A stretch of DNA of 64,000 bases from Candidatus Bipolaricaulota bacterium (GCA_035528115.1 DATKZF010000003.1:423089-487088); one strand, 5' to 3'. Shown: positions 29,531-39,565, counted from the first letter of the stretch. Notes: generated by a model from the letters alone, not told the origin. Numbers and translations: made by a program.

Positions 29531-30476
29531 AATATTTTAAAATCGATTCGTATCTGAGTTTGAATTTACGATTGTATTCCAGCCTCCGATCGTTTGAGTG
29601 CATTTTGATGATGTCGTCTTGCAAAATTACGTCCGTGGTCGGTTCATCGGCCGCGGCTTTCAATTTCGGAGGTAAAATATTAAGTTGGTATTTTTTCGCG
29701 ACAGCTTCCATGGCCGAGCGATGGCGGGACGTTTTTAGAGTGGAGCGGATTTTGTTTTCGGCGGTTGTTTTGATGGTTCTCCTGTCGCTTATCGGCGAAG
29801 CCAGGTGGTTCGGCAAATATTTCTTCACCCAACGATTATGAAAAGTAAAGCAGATGTTTTTCCTGATGAAAATCGGATAAAACTGCGCTTGCCAGTAAAT
29901 AAAATGGATGTCCGTTTTTTCCGATTGGTATTTTTCGAGTGAGAGGCTGTCTTCGGACAGAAAAAAACTCATGCAGATTTTGTTTTTGAAATCGTCATCG
30001 GTCGGTCTTTGACCGAGCAGTTCCATGGCCGAGACGGCCAAGAGCCTGGTTAGCCATAATGTTTTCGGTCGGCAAAATATCGCCAAGTCAATATCGCTTT
30101 CTTCGCGCGAATTGCTGTATGCCAGTGTATTGCAGACGCAGATCATTTGAATAAACGGAATTTTTGATAACAGAAAGAAAAGCTTTCGCGCTTTCTTGAA
30201 TTTTTTTTCCGCTATTTTGTATCTGGTTTTCCTGAGAGAGACCGAATTTTCTTTGCCGCGCAAAAAATAAAAACCCTGTCGGGTTTGTATTTTTTTTTGA
30301 AGAGTCGCCGAGGTTTCAAGCAATCGTTTGATTTGAAACAATTCGGCGTCGAGCGGATCGCCTTGCGGCGAAAGCAAATATTTATAAACTTCAAAAGCGG
30401 TCAGCGGATATGAAAAAATGTCAAAATAGACGATCGTGGCCAAGATGGCCTTTTCTTCTCTCGACAAGTCTTTCAT
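29505..30476 (-). CDS. Hypothetical protein with nucleotidyltransferase-like GS...DIDL motif
   Basis: 323 aa; LAYSNSREESDIDLAIF resembles the minimal nucleotidyltransferase G[SG]x9-13DhD motif; overlaps the downstream gene by 26 nt. Confidence 0.35.
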   Translation of the reverse strand: MKDLSREEKAILATIVYFDIFSYPLTAFEVYKYLLSPQGDPLDAELFQIKRLLETSATLQKKIQTRQGFYFLRGKENSVSLRKTRYKIAEKKFKKARKLFFLLSKIPFIQMICVCNTLAYSNSREESDIDLAIFCRPKTLWLTRLLAVSAMELLGQRPTDDDFKNKICMSFFLSEDSLSLEKYQSEKTDIHFIYWQAQFYPIFIRKNICFTFHNRWVKKYLPNHLASPISDRRTIKTTAENKIRSTLKTSRHRSAMEAVAKKYQLNILPPKLKAAADEPTTDVILQDDIIKMHSNDRRLEYNRKFKLRYESILKYYEETAKNN

Positions 30477-30496
30477 ATATGAATTTGGGATCTCGA

Positions 30497-31222
30497 TTAA
30501 ACGGTTTCTGTTTTGGCGCTTTTAAAAATCATGTATTGCTGAAGCGCGGTCAGCACCGTGGTGACCAGCCAGTATAAGGCGAGGCCTCCGGGTAATTGCA
30601 AACCTATGAAAAAGGTGATGGCGGGCATGAAATATTTCATGGATTTGTTCATGCCGGCCAGCATGGACTCGTCTTTGGAGCCGGCGTCCACTTTTTTGGG
30701 CTGCGGCGTGATCGGCAGCATTCTGGCTTGAAAATATTGAGCGATGGCCGCCGCGGCAGCCAGATAGACGCTCGGCAGAGACAAGTCCAGGATGCCGAAA
30801 AACATGGAATTGACCTGTCCCGGGTTTTGCACGAACGGATATAACAAATCAAAACCGTTATTGGACAAACCGTTGCGAAAAACTTGATAAACCGCGAGCA
30901 AAAAAGGTAATTGAATAATCAGCGGCAAACACGATGACAGCGGATTAACTTTCTGTTCCTTATAAAGCTTCATCGTTTCCTCGGTCATTTTTTGCTTATC
31001 AGCTCCGTATTTGCTTTTGAGCTCAGCCAGTTTGGGTTGCAACTTTTGCATTTCTTTTTGAGATTTCAAGGCTCGAGCGGAAAGCGGCAACAAAATCACT
31101 TTGATGATTATGGTTAAAGCTATGATGGCCAAGCCGATGTCTTGACCGGGGATGACGTTATACAGCCAAATCAAAAGATTATATAAGGGCTGATATAATA
31201 CGGTGTTGAATAATTGAATCAT
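30497..31222 (-). CDS. yidC: Membrane protein insertase YidC/Oxa1 (short form)
   Basis: 241 aa; PLSARALKSQKEMQKLQPKLAELKSKYGADKQKMTEETMKLYKEQKVNPLSSCLPLIIQLP is the conserved YidC core. Confidence 0.8.
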   Translation of the reverse strand: MIQLFNTVLYQPLYNLLIWLYNVIPGQDIGLAIIALTIIIKVILLPLSARALKSQKEMQKLQPKLAELKSKYGADKQKMTEETMKLYKEQKVNPLSSCLPLIIQLPFLLAVYQVFRNGLSNNGFDLLYPFVQNPGQVNSMFFGILDLSLPSVYLAAAAAIAQYFQARMLPITPQPKKVDAGSKDESMLAGMNKSMKYFMPAITFFIGLQLPGGLALYWLVTTVLTALQQYMIFKSAKTETV

Positions 31223-31231
31223 AATTTATTT

Positions 31232-32512
31232 TTATTTTTTATGTTCTTCCTTTTCGGCCGGAGTTTCTTCGACCTCGGCTTCAGGTTCTTTCGCGTCGCC
31301 GACCTCATCATCTATCGAGGTCTTTTTTGTTTTTTCCGCGCCTTTGGCGTCAGCGGAAATTTCTTTGCCTGTTTCTTCTTCTTTAATATTGATTTTCCAA
31401 CCAGTTAATTTCGAAGCCAGTCTGACGTTCTGTCCTTCGCGGCCGATGGTCAGAGACAATTGGTCTTGAGGCACGGTCACGGTGGCGATTTTCGCTTCTT
31501 CATCCAAGCTGATCGATGAGACTTGAGCCGGCAGCAAAGCATTGGTTATATATTTGGCCGGATTTTCGTCGTATTTGATAATGTCTATTTTTTCTCCGTT
31601 AAGCTCGCTGATGATCGTTTGAATTCGCGCGCCCTTTTGGCCGACGCAGGAGCCGATCGGGTCAATGTTGTCGCTCTCGGTATGGACCGCCACTTTTGAT
31701 CTGGAGCCGGCTTCGCGGGCGATGGCCTTAATTTCAATGACGTCGCTGGCTATTTCAGGGATTTCCACCTTGAATAATTTTTTCACCAGATTGTCGTTTT
31801 TTCTGGAAACGATAATTTCCGGTCCCTTGGTCGTCAAGGAAACGGACACGACGTAAACTTTTAAGCGATCACCGATTTTGTATCTTTCCGAGCGGATTTG
31901 TTCTTCTTGCGGCATGATCGTGGTCGCGTGGTCGATGTCGATTACTATATTTCGACCTTCTCTTTTTTGCACCATGCCGTTAAGCAATTCGCCTTCTTTT
32001 TCTTTGAATTGCTGATATAAAACATTTCTTTCCGCTTCGCGTAATCGTTGAATGATCACTTGTTTCGCCGTTTGCGCGGCCATGCGGCCGAAATCTCCGG
32101 GCAATTCAAGTTTGGTTTTTAAGATGGCGCCGACCTTGGCCGTTTTTTTAAGGGCTTTGGCGTCTTTCAATTCTATTTCGGTTTTCGGATTGAATCTGCG
32201 AATATCTTCATGCTCGGGCATGTCTTCCGATTTTACCCCTTGTTCCCGCAAATCTTCTCGTTCCTTTCTTATGTTTTCAATGGTTTCGAGTTCTTCTTCG
32301 GTCAGATCATCAACCACTTCCTTAACATCAAAAACCTTGAATTTGCCGGTTTCCAAATTCAATTCCACCTGAATGTTTTGATTTTTTTCGCCATAATCTT
32401 TTCTGAAAGCCGCGGCCAAAGCGGATTCGATGGTTTCAATCACCGATTCCTCGGAAATGTTTTTTTCCGCGCAGATTTGTTTAATGGCGATTCGAGCATC
32501 TTCTGTAAGCAT
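31232..32512 (-). CDS. nusA: Transcription termination/antitermination factor NusA with acidic C-terminal tail
   Basis: 426 aa; N-terminal RNAP-binding domain, S1 domain, two KH domains (IGSCVGQKGARIQ, IGREGQNVRLASKLTGWKI). Confidence 0.9.
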   Translation of the reverse strand: MLTEDARIAIKQICAEKNISEESVIETIESALAAAFRKDYGEKNQNIQVELNLETGKFKVFDVKEVVDDLTEEELETIENIRKEREDLREQGVKSEDMPEHEDIRRFNPKTEIELKDAKALKKTAKVGAILKTKLELPGDFGRMAAQTAKQVIIQRLREAERNVLYQQFKEKEGELLNGMVQKREGRNIVIDIDHATTIMPQEEQIRSERYKIGDRLKVYVVSVSLTTKGPEIIVSRKNDNLVKKLFKVEIPEIASDVIEIKAIAREAGSRSKVAVHTESDNIDPIGSCVGQKGARIQTIISELNGEKIDIIKYDENPAKYITNALLPAQVSSISLDEEAKIATVTVPQDQLSLTIGREGQNVRLASKLTGWKINIKEEETGKEISADAKGAEKTKKTSIDDEVGDAKEPEAEVEETPAEKEEHKK

Positions 32513-32769
32513 ATTTTTTGAAAAAAGCTTTAAATTTCCTGATTTATCGCTTTTTTGTTAATTTAATAAAAAAAGCCAGTTTATTCATAAACCAGCCTAT
32601 TTTTAAATTATCACAAAGCGCGTTCTTTGGCAAGCGATTTCGGTGTCTTGCTAAAAAATAGTCTTTATGTTAAGCTAAGCAAAGTAAAATATTAATCGAA
32701 ACCGATTTTGTCATTTTTGAACCATCAATAAACCTCTCGGTTTATTGCAAAACCGGACCAGATTTCATT

Positions 32770-33276
32770 ATGATTGAACAGCACTATGAGTTGCTTTACA
32801 TTATTCCCGTAAAATTCGTCGGCGAAGAACAGGACAAAATAATGGAAAAAGCGACCGCAATCGTCAAAGACAACGGAGGAGAAATCACCAAGAACGTAAT
32901 TTTCAGCAAGCAAAGATTGGCGTACCCTATCGCGCAAGTCCATCAAGGCACTTACGTGATCATCGAATTCGACGCGAAAACATCGGACGTGCAAAAAATG
33001 CATGAAGTTTTAGCGTTGACGCCGGAAGTTTTAAGGCACATGATCGTGACTAAAAAGAAGATGACGGCCGAAGAGATCATGGCGCAAAACAGCAAAAAAG
33101 AGCGCATCGCTCAATCGGAGAAAAAGGAAAAGGAGCAAGACATTCAAAAGAAAGTCGAAGAAGTTCATGCGGAAGTCAAAGAAAGTCCGAAAGAATCCAA
33201 AAAAGACAAATTAAGTTTGGAGGATTTGGATAAAAAATTGGATGAGATATTAAAAGACGATATTTCCGGAGTTTAA
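32770..33276 (+). CDS. rpsF: 30S ribosomal protein S6 with extended charged C-terminus
   Basis: HYELLYIIP...EITKNVIFSKQRLAYPI signature of bS6; conserved rpsF-ssb-rpsR synteny. Confidence 0.8.
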   Translation: MIEQHYELLYIIPVKFVGEEQDKIMEKATAIVKDNGGEITKNVIFSKQRLAYPIAQVHQGTYVIIEFDAKTSDVQKMHEVLALTPEVLRHMIVTKKKMTAEEIMAQNSKKERIAQSEKKEKEQDIQKKVEEVHAEVKESPKESKKDKLSLEDLDKKLDEILKDDISGV

Positions 33277-33280
33277 ATAA

Positions 33281-33370
33281 AATAATGCGATGCGAATGAC
33301 GCGAATTACATGCGAATTATGCTAATTAAGCAAATATTCGCATCATTCGCATTATTCGTATATTAGCATC
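33281..33370. promoter_or_regulatory. GCGAATGA / TCATTCGC word array ending in ATTAGCATCGA, immediately upstream of ssb
   Basis: gcgaatgacgcgaattacatgcgaattatgctaattaagcaaatattcgcatcattcgcattattcgtatattagcatcgataat-ATG; paralogous array upstream of efp (34235-34320) ends in the same ttagcatcgaatt-ATG. Confidence 0.45.
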
Positions 33371-33376
33371 GATAAT

Positions 33377-33829
33377 ATGAATTTAAACAAAGCCATGATC
33401 ATCGGCAATTTGACCAGAGATCCGGAAGTTCGAAGCACGCCGCAAGGATTGAACGTCGCTTCGTTTTCCGTGGCCACCAATTTGATTTGGAATGACTCGA
33501 ACGGTCAGCGTCAGGAAAAAGTTGAATATCATAATGTGGTCGCCTGGAGAAAATTGGCGGATATTTGCGCGCAATATTTAAAGAAAGGCGGCAAAGTGTA
33601 TATCGAGGGCAGATTGCAAACCAGAGATTGGGAAGGACAAGACGGAGTGCGAAGATATCGGACGGAAATAATCGCTGAAAACATGATCATGCTTGACCGC
33701 CAAGGAGCTTCCGCGGGAGGCGCGGCGCGCGGCGCCGAAGAAAATATCGCTCCGGACAATTCACCGGCTCCGGCCGCATCGAGCGATGAATCAAACGATG
33801 AGATAAAAATTGAAAATATTCCTTTTTAA
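33377..33829 (+). CDS. ssb: Single-stranded DNA-binding protein
   Basis: 150 aa; OB-fold (MNLNKAMIIGNLTRDPEVR...FSVAT), Gly/Ala-rich linker, acidic C-terminal tip DEIKIENIPF. Confidence 0.9.
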   Translation: MNLNKAMIIGNLTRDPEVRSTPQGLNVASFSVATNLIWNDSNGQRQEKVEYHNVVAWRKLADICAQYLKKGGKVYIEGRLQTRDWEGQDGVRRYRTEIIAENMIMLDRQGASAGGAARGAEENIAPDNSPAPAASSDESNDEIKIENIPF

Positions 33830-34001
33830 TCGTTACAAATTTACGAATTTCGTACACCTGCCTGCCGGCAGGCAGGAATATTACAAATGGTTACGAATTA
33901 TTTTCAGCACGGATTTGTTATGAACGTTTTCTAATTTGTACCATTATTATGATATTGTACTATCCTGTATGCGAATCTCGTACATCTCGTAACCAATAAT
34001 T

Positions 34002-34229
34002 ATGATCAGAAAAAATACCGTTAAAAAAGACAAGGCTTGCTATTTTTGCGTGAATACCATGCAAGAGGTCGACTATAAGGAAGGCCAAATGCTGCAAAAA
34101 TTCATTTCTTCTTATGGCAAGATCGCGCCGCAAAGGCGCAGCGGACTTTGCGCCAAACATCAACGCAAAGTGGCGCAGGCGGTCAAGCGAGCCAGAATCA
34201 TGGCCTTGCTGCCGTTTGTGGTTAAATAA
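34002..34229 (+). CDS. rpsR: 30S ribosomal protein S18
   Basis: 75 aa; CYFC motif and ...[32 protein letters not shown]. Confidence 0.9.
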   Translation: MIRKNTVKKDKACYFCVNTMQEVDYKEGQMLQKFISSYGKIAPQRRSGLCAKHQRKVAQAVKRARIMALLPFVVK

Positions 34230-34323
34230 GCGACGCGAATATAGCAACGAACATGAGAATGACGCGAAGGAAAGCGCCAGTGTTCGCATCATTCGTGTTG
34301 TTTCGCGTCATTAGCATCGAATT

Positions 34324-34890
34324 ATGTCATCAATAGATTCATTGCACGGCATTAAAGTCGGCACGACAATCGATTACGAAGGCGAACCCTACGTGGTTGT
34401 TTCCGCCAATTTTATGCGTTGCCAACAGCGAAAACCGGTGATGCAGACGAAAATGAAAAATTTGATCAACGGCAAGGTGATTGAATACAGTTTCAAGCCC
34501 GGCGATAAAATCGAGTCGGCGAATCTGGATCGCGTCACCGCCAATTATTTGTATACCGAGGGCAATGAATGCTATTTCATGGACAATGAATCTTTTGAAC
34601 AATTTTCTTTGGAGGCTTCGGCGCTCGGCAATATGACCAGCTTTTTGATTGAAGGCCGAGACGTTGATTTGTTGAAATTCAACGGCAAGCCGGTGTCCGT
34701 GGAATTGCCGAAAAAAGTGGAATTGAAAGTGACTGAAGCGGCTCCCGGCATTAAAGGAGACAGTTCTCAAGGCGCGACCAAACAAATCACTTTGGAAACC
34801 GGCGCGCAAATGCAAGCTCCGTTGTTCATTAAAGAAGGAGACATTATCAGAGTGAACACGGAAACCGGAGAATACGTGGAACGCGTTTAA
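34324..34890 (+). CDS. efp: Elongation factor P
   Basis: 188 aa; KPGKG-region homologue KPVMQTKMKNL, three OB/KOW-like domains. Confidence 0.9.
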   Translation: MSSIDSLHGIKVGTTIDYEGEPYVVVSANFMRCQQRKPVMQTKMKNLINGKVIEYSFKPGDKIESANLDRVTANYLYTEGNECYFMDNESFEQFSLEASALGNMTSFLIEGRDVDLLKFNGKPVSVELPKKVELKVTEAAPGIKGDSSQGATKQITLETGAQMQAPLFIKEGDIIRVNTETGEYVERV

Positions 34891-34976
34891 GTCATGGAGC
34901 ATGAAACATGAATCATGGATCAAATGAAATAGCCGTGTCAGGCAGGCCAAACAATATCTAAATTAATTTTTTTAAG

Positions 34977-35065
34977 TAAATAAAAAATCGCCACTGCTTT
35001 TATGAGATCCCTGCCTGCCTGCCGGCAGGCAGGCTTCCGCGAGGATGACAATGAGGTGGTGATTT
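34977..35065. repeat. Composite palindromic terminator element (A-tract / stem / CCTGCCTGCCGGCAGGCAGG / GATGACA box / stem / T-tract) between convergent efp and SH3b gene
   Basis: aaaaaatcgccac...ccctgcctgcctgccggcaggcagg...gaggatgacaatgag gtggtgattttttg. Confidence 0.6.
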
Positions 35066-35079
35066 TTTGTTTGTTCAAT

Positions 35080-35841
35080 TTATTCCGCCTTGGTCAAATA
35101 GCTCAGATCGCTGTCAGTAATGCCGAGTCCCAATTCTCTCATTATATTGTAAGCATCAGCCGGTCTGCCCAAATAATATTTTTTTCTGTCTTTGGGGTAG
35201 ATGTAATAAGCTTCGCCGTTTTTTTCAACATCCAAAAGTATTCTGCCAACCACGTGATCGGGGAAGTATGAGGTGTTTTCGATAAAGTCATGCGTGGCGC
35301 CCAGCCCGAGCTCGCGCATTATTTTGAACGCGTCTTCCGCCCGGCCAAGGTAGTAGCCTTTGTTATTAACCGGATAGTAATAATAAGCTTCGCCGCGGCT
35401 TTGCACCTGCAAGAAAATATAACCGCGATACTTGGCCAGATTAGGAACGCCGTAGCCGGATTGGGTTTTGGTTTGAGTCTGAGTCTGAGTCTGAGTCTGT
35501 GTGAGAGCCGCCGTGGTTTTTGACATCAGTCTTGCTCCCACCCAGCCGACTGTTCCGTCAGCCAATTGAACTTTGTACCAGCCGTCCGTTTCGCCGATGA
35601 TTTTTATCACCGAGCCGGCCGTGGCCGTGGTTAAAATGGTCGTGCCTTCCATGCAAGCGTTGTTTCTGACAAACGCGGAAGTGTCCACCCGCCCGTTTTC
35701 ATTTCTTTCGTAAATCGGGTCTTGGTAGCAGCCTTCGCCGGCTAAAACGTTTGCCGGGGCGATTAAAGTAATTGCGCAGACAATTGCCAGGCATAAGAAT
35801 AGTTTCTTTACCATAGATTTATAGTTATTTTTTATGTTCAT
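35080..35841 (-). CDS. Secreted SH3b-domain protein with (TQ)n linker and two about 37-aa C-terminal repeats
   Basis: Signal peptide (LFLCLAIVCAITLIAPANVLA); SH3b-like GETDGWYKVQLADGTVGWV; TQTQTQTQTQTKTQ linker; repeats GEAYYYYPVNNKGYYLGRAEDAFKIMRELGLG / GEAYYIYPKDRKKYYLGRPADAYNIMRELGLG. Confidence 0.5.
   Translation of the reverse strand: MNIKNNYKSMVKKLFLCLAIVCAITLIAPANVLAGEGCYQDPIYERNENGRVDTSAFVRNNACMEGTTILTTATAGSVIKIIGETDGWYKVQLADGTVGWVGARLMSKTTAALTQTQTQTQTQTKTQSGYGVPNLAKYRGYIFLQVQSRGEAYYYYPVNNKGYYLGRAEDAFKIMRELGLGATHDFIENTSYFPDHVVGRILLDVEKNGEAYYIYPKDRKKYYLGRPADAYNIMRELGLGITDSDLSYLTKAE
35475..35504 (-). repeat. Coding hexanucleotide microsatellite (GAGTCT)4-5 inside the SH3b-domain gene
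   Basis: gagtctgagtctgagtctgagtctgtgtga; encodes the TQ repeat on the minus strand. Confidence 0.8.
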
Positions 35842-35858
35842 CTATGTTGACGAGAATT

Positions 35859-36212
35859 CTATGTTTTGATTACATTGTTTTTATCTTTTTTAAATAGATA
35901 TCTAATGCCAAATGGAACTAAAATAACTCCAGCGGCTAATGAGAAAGTCTGTAAATATTCAATACTAAAATAAAAAATTGGGTTGTCATATTTGCAATAG
36001 CTGACTTCTGGAGGAAATTGTAATTTTTGTTCCGCAGTTCGTTCAGGGTAACTGATACAGTTTTCTAGTTTTTTATAATAATCTAATGATCTTATCCAAC
36101 TTGTTAAAACGAAAATAATAATAGGAATTAGAATTAATAAAAGGCCGATTTTAATATTGCGCCTTGAACTTTCGCTTTTTGTTAGTTGAGGAGCATTTTG
36201 ATTGATTTTCAT
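35859..36212 (-). CDS. Hypothetical small membrane protein
   Basis: 117 aa, two predicted TM helices. Confidence 0.35.
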   Translation of the reverse strand: MKINQNAPQLTKSESSRRNIKIGLLLILIPIIIFVLTSWIRSLDYYKKLENCISYPERTAEQKLQFPPEVSYCKYDNPIFYFSIEYLQTFSLAAGVILVPFGIRYLFKKDKNNVIKT

Positions 36213-36225
36213 GTTTTTATTTTTT

Positions 36226-36648
36226 TTACGTAAATTTCAAGGCAACTGAATTAATACAATATCTTTTGCCGGTCGGTGGCGGGCCATCGTCAAACACATG
36301 GCCAAGGTGCGCTTCGCATCTGGCGCATTTGACTTCGGTTCTTTTATAATCCAGGCTGTTGTCTTTTTCATAAGCGACGTTATGCTCGTCAATCGGTTCG
36401 AAAAAGCTTGGCCAGCCCGTGCCCGATTCGAACTTGGTGTCGATTAAAAATAAATCCGCGCCGCAGCAAACGCATTTATACAGGCCGGCTTTATGCTTTT
36501 CGGTCGAGCAGGAAAACGGCGCTTCTGTTTCTTTTTGTCTGGTGATGGCAAATTGCTCGGGTGTCAAGATTTTTTTCCATTCATTATCGGATTTTTCCAC
36601 TTTCTCGACCTCGATCAGTTTGTTTTGTTTGTAGTCGAATATTTGCAT
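36226..36648 (-). CDS. msrB: Peptide-methionine (R)-S-oxide reductase MsrB
   Basis: 140 aa; two CxxC zinc pairs (CVCCGADLF, CARCEAHLGHVF) and catalytic RYCINSVAL. Confidence 0.9.
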   Translation of the reverse strand: MQIFDYKQNKLIEVEKVEKSDNEWKKILTPEQFAITRQKETEAPFSCSTEKHKAGLYKCVCCGADLFLIDTKFESGTGWPSFFEPIDEHNVAYEKDNSLDYKRTEVKCARCEAHLGHVFDDGPPPTGKRYCINSVALKFT

Positions 36649-36758
36649 ATTATAAGTATATAAAAATTTTGGGGAATGGACAAATTTTTACTAAATAAAA
36701 AAAGTCCCCAAGGGACTCCAATTTTTTTATATTTTATTTTTGATATTTAATATTAGGC

Positions 36759-36833
36759 TGGTACCGCCACGGGGAATCGAACCCCGGTTACCAGGATGAA
36801 AACCTGGTGTCCTAACCACTAGACGATGGCGGC
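36759..36833 (-). tRNA. tRNA-Glu (anticodon UUC)
   Basis: Reverse complement GCCGCCATCGTCTAGTGGTTAGGACACCAGGTTTTCATCCTGGTAACCGGGGTTCGATTCCCCGTGGCGGTACCA folds as a cloverleaf: 7-bp acceptor with G1:U72, D-arm GTC/GAC, anticodon stem CCAGG/CCTGG, loop TTTTCAT (U33, anticodon TTC), T-arm CGGGG-TTCGATT-CCCCG, encoded CCA. A hairpin terminator follows at about 36690-36730. Confidence 0.85.
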
Positions 36834-37065
36834 GTGTATGATAAATTTTCAGTGTTCGGTTCAAAAATCACAAAATGACGTTGTTATTATAGCAATATCA
36901 AAACATCTAGTCAATATGCCCAAAGTCGGCAAATTACTTGAAAAATTTCAATAAATCAGTTAGAATGAGTAAGAACTAATTATCATGAAACATGAATCAT
37001 GGATCATGAATCATTGATCAAGGCGAATTGATACATGATATGTGATACATGACACGTGAAAAAAT

Positions 37066-37308
37066 ATGGGAGTACCAAAACATCGAAGAACGCATTCGAA
37101 AGCCAGAATGGGCAGAGCTCATAAGAAGATGAGCAGCTTGCAAGGAGCCAAATGCTCCAATTGCGAGCAGCCTGTTTTGCCTCATCAAATCTGCGAGGCC
37201 TGCGGTTATTACAAAGGCAAGCAAGCCATCAGAACCAAGGCGGAATTGGCTTCAAAGCGCGTGGCTAAGAAAAAGGCGAGGGAAGATAAAATGAAGACGA
37301 AAAAATAA
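37066..37308 (+). CDS. rpmF: 50S ribosomal protein L32 with C-terminal extension
   Basis: MGVPKHRRTHSKARMGRAHKKM... plus CSNCEQP...CEACGYYKG zinc-ribbon typical of bL32. Confidence 0.85.
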   Translation: MGVPKHRRTHSKARMGRAHKKMSSLQGAKCSNCEQPVLPHQICEACGYYKGKQAIRTKAELASKRVAKKKAREDKMKTKK

Positions 37309-37388
37309 TTAACTATTCAACGTTTTGCGATTGATAAATCGACGCGTTTTTCGCTTCGAACAAAATCGCGGATAAAAATTTTGAAAAT

Positions 37389-39398
37389 ATGGATATCACC
37401 ATTATTTTGGCGTTAATTGCCTCGCTCGTGGCAATCATTTACGGACTCATCCTGATCGGGTCAATATTAAAGAAGAGTCCTGGTTCGGATAAAATGCAGG
37501 AGATCGCCAAGGCCATCCAGGAAGGCGCGTCCGCTTATTTGAACAGACAATACCGCACCATCACCATTATCGCGGCCATAGTAGCGGTAGTGCTGTGGCT
37601 CGCCCTGGGCTGGAAGACCGCGCTGGGATTTTTAATCGGCGCGATTTTATCCGGATTGGCCGGCTACATCGGTATGAATATTTCCGTTAGAGCCAATGTC
37701 AGGACGGCTGAGGCGGCCAAACAAGGGTTGGCCAAAGCGCTTAATGTGGCTGTCCAAGGCGGAGCTGTGACCGGACTATTGGTCGTGGGCCTCGGACTTT
37801 TGGGCGTGGCCGGATTCTACGCGCTGACCGGCGACGTTAAGGCCTTGATCGGCTTGGGCTTCGGCGGCAGTTTGATTTCCGTTTTCGCCAGACTGGGCGG
37901 CGGCATTTACACCAAGGCCGCTGACGTGGGCGCGGATTTGGTGGGCAAAGTCGAAGCCGGCATTCCCGAAGACGATCCGAGAAATCCGGCTGTCATCGCG
38001 GACAATGTCGGCGACAATGTCGGCGATTGCGCTGGCATGGCCGCTGATTTGTTTGAAACATACGCGGTGACCTCAGTGGCGGCGATGCTGCTCGGCGCGC
38101 TGACTTTCCGAGGTTTTGATAATGGCGTGCTTTACCCGCTGGCTCTGGGAGCGGCCGCGATCATCGCTTCGATCATCGGCACTTTTTTCATCAAACTGGG
38201 TTCAAAGAAAAATATCATGGGCGCTCTCTATAAAGGACTTTTTGTCTCCGGACTTTTGGCGGGCATTATGTTTTATCCGATAACTTCTTGGCTGATGGGA
38301 GACAATACCGAATTTTCAATCATTAATTTATTTTTATGTTCGCTGATCGGTTTGGCGGTCACGGGCGCGCTGGTGGTTATTACCGATTATTACACTTCTC
38401 AAAAATACTCTCCGGTCAAATCAATCGCCAAGGCTTCAAAGACCGGACATGGCACCAATATTATCGCCGGCTTGGCCGTATCCATGAAATCGACTGTCTG
38501 GCCGATTCTGGTTATTGCCGCGGCCGTGCTCGGCGCTTATCAATTGGCCGGCATCTATGGCGTGGCGATCGCGGCCATGGCCATGCTTTCCATGACCGGC
38601 ATTGTGGTGGCCATTGACGCTTACGGACCGATTACCGATAATGCGGGCGGCATCGCGGAAATGGCGGAATTGCCCGAAGACGTGAGAAAAACAACTGACG
38701 CCTTGGACTCGGTGGGCAATACCACGAAAGCGGTGACCAAAGGTTATGCCATCGGTTCGGCCGGTTTGGCCGCGCTGGTTTTATTCGCGGATTTCACTCA
38801 CGCTCTTTCCGAAGGCACCGGTACGAATTTTCAATTTTTATTGAGCGACCCGAAAGTTTTGGTCGGCTTATTTATCGGCGGCTTATTGCCGTATTATTTC
38901 GGCGCCTTGGCCATGAGCGCGGTGGGCAAGACCGCGGGCAAGGTGGTTGAAGAAGTCAGAAGACAATTCAGGGAAATAAAAGGCATCATGAGCGGAGAAG
39001 CCAAACCCGATTATTCAACCTGCGTTGATATCGTGACTAAATCGGCGTTAAAGCAAATGATTTTACCGGCGTTGATTCCATTGCTCGTGCCGATTTTGGT
39101 CGGCTTTATCTTGGGACCGCACGCTTTGGGCGGACTGCTTGTCGGCAGCATTATCACCGGACTTTTCGTGGCCATTTCCATGACCACCGGCGGCGGCGCT
39201 TGGGACAATGCCAAAAAATACATTGAGTCAGGACATTTCGGCGGCAAAGGTTCTCTGGCGCACCAAGCGGCGGTGACCGGCGATACAGTGGGCGATCCTT
39301 ACAAGGACACAGCGGGCCCGGCCATTAATCCGATGATTAAAGTTTTGAATATTGTGGCGTTGCTGATTGTGGGGTTGATTATCAAGCTTTGGGCGTAA
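37389..39398 (+). CDS. hppA: Membrane-bound proton/sodium-translocating pyrophosphatase
   Basis: 669 aa, about 16 TM; canonical H+-PPase motifs [57 protein letters not shown]. Confidence 0.9.
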   Translation: MDITIILALIASLVAIIYGLILIGSILKKSPGSDKMQEIAKAIQEGASAYLNRQYRTITIIAAIVAVVLWLALGWKTALGFLIGAILSGLAGYIGMNISVRANVRTAEAAKQGLAKALNVAVQGGAVTGLLVVGLGLLGVAGFYALTGDVKALIGLGFGGSLISVFARLGGGIYTKAADVGADLVGKVEAGIPEDDPRNPAVIADNVGDNVGDCAGMAADLFETYAVTSVAAMLLGALTFRGFDNGVLYPLALGAAAIIASIIGTFFIKLGSKKNIMGALYKGLFVSGLLAGIMFYPITSWLMGDNTEFSIINLFLCSLIGLAVTGALVVITDYYTSQKYSPVKSIAKASKTGHGTNIIAGLAVSMKSTVWPILVIAAAVLGAYQLAGIYGVAIAAMAMLSMTGIVVAIDAYGPITDNAGGIAEMAELPEDVRKTTDALDSVGNTTKAVTKGYAIGSAGLAALVLFADFTHALSEGTGTNFQFLLSDPKVLVGLFIGGLLPYYFGALAMSAVGKTAGKVVEEVRRQFREIKGIMSGEAKPDYSTCVDIVTKSALKQMILPALIPLLVPILVGFILGPHALGGLLVGSIITGLFVAISMTTGGGAWDNAKKYIESGHFGGKGSLAHQAAVTGDTVGDPYKDTAGPAINPMIKVLNIVALLIVGLIIKLWA

Positions 39399-39511
39399 GG
39401 GTTACGAATTACGAATTTTGTACGAATGTTACAAATGGTTACTAATAAGGTAGATATGAAAAAAGCGTTCCGAAAGGGGCGCTTTTTGAGTTGTGATTTA
39501 TCGCCAAGCGG

Positions 39512-39540
39512 TTGACTGGGAGGGGTTTTGTTTGTAGGAT
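39512..39540 (+). promoter_or_regulatory. Promoter P1 of the radical-SAM locus (TTGACT-GGGAGGGGTTTTGTTTG-TAGGAT)
   Basis: Near-identical copy at 41160-41188. The track ORF start at 39512 is a TTG inside this -35 box. Confidence 0.5.
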
Positions 39541-39565
39541 GAATTATAACAGCCAAAGGGATAAT

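Noticed and set aside
39512-39565. Track start of the formyltransferase-like ORF at 39512 (MTGRGFVCRMNYNSQRDN…) and of the MBL hydrolase at 45682
   Set aside because: Both are TTG codons. 39512 is the -35 hexamer TTGACT of promoter P1, which is duplicated at 41160. Downstream ATGs at 39566 and 45730 give sensible N-termini.
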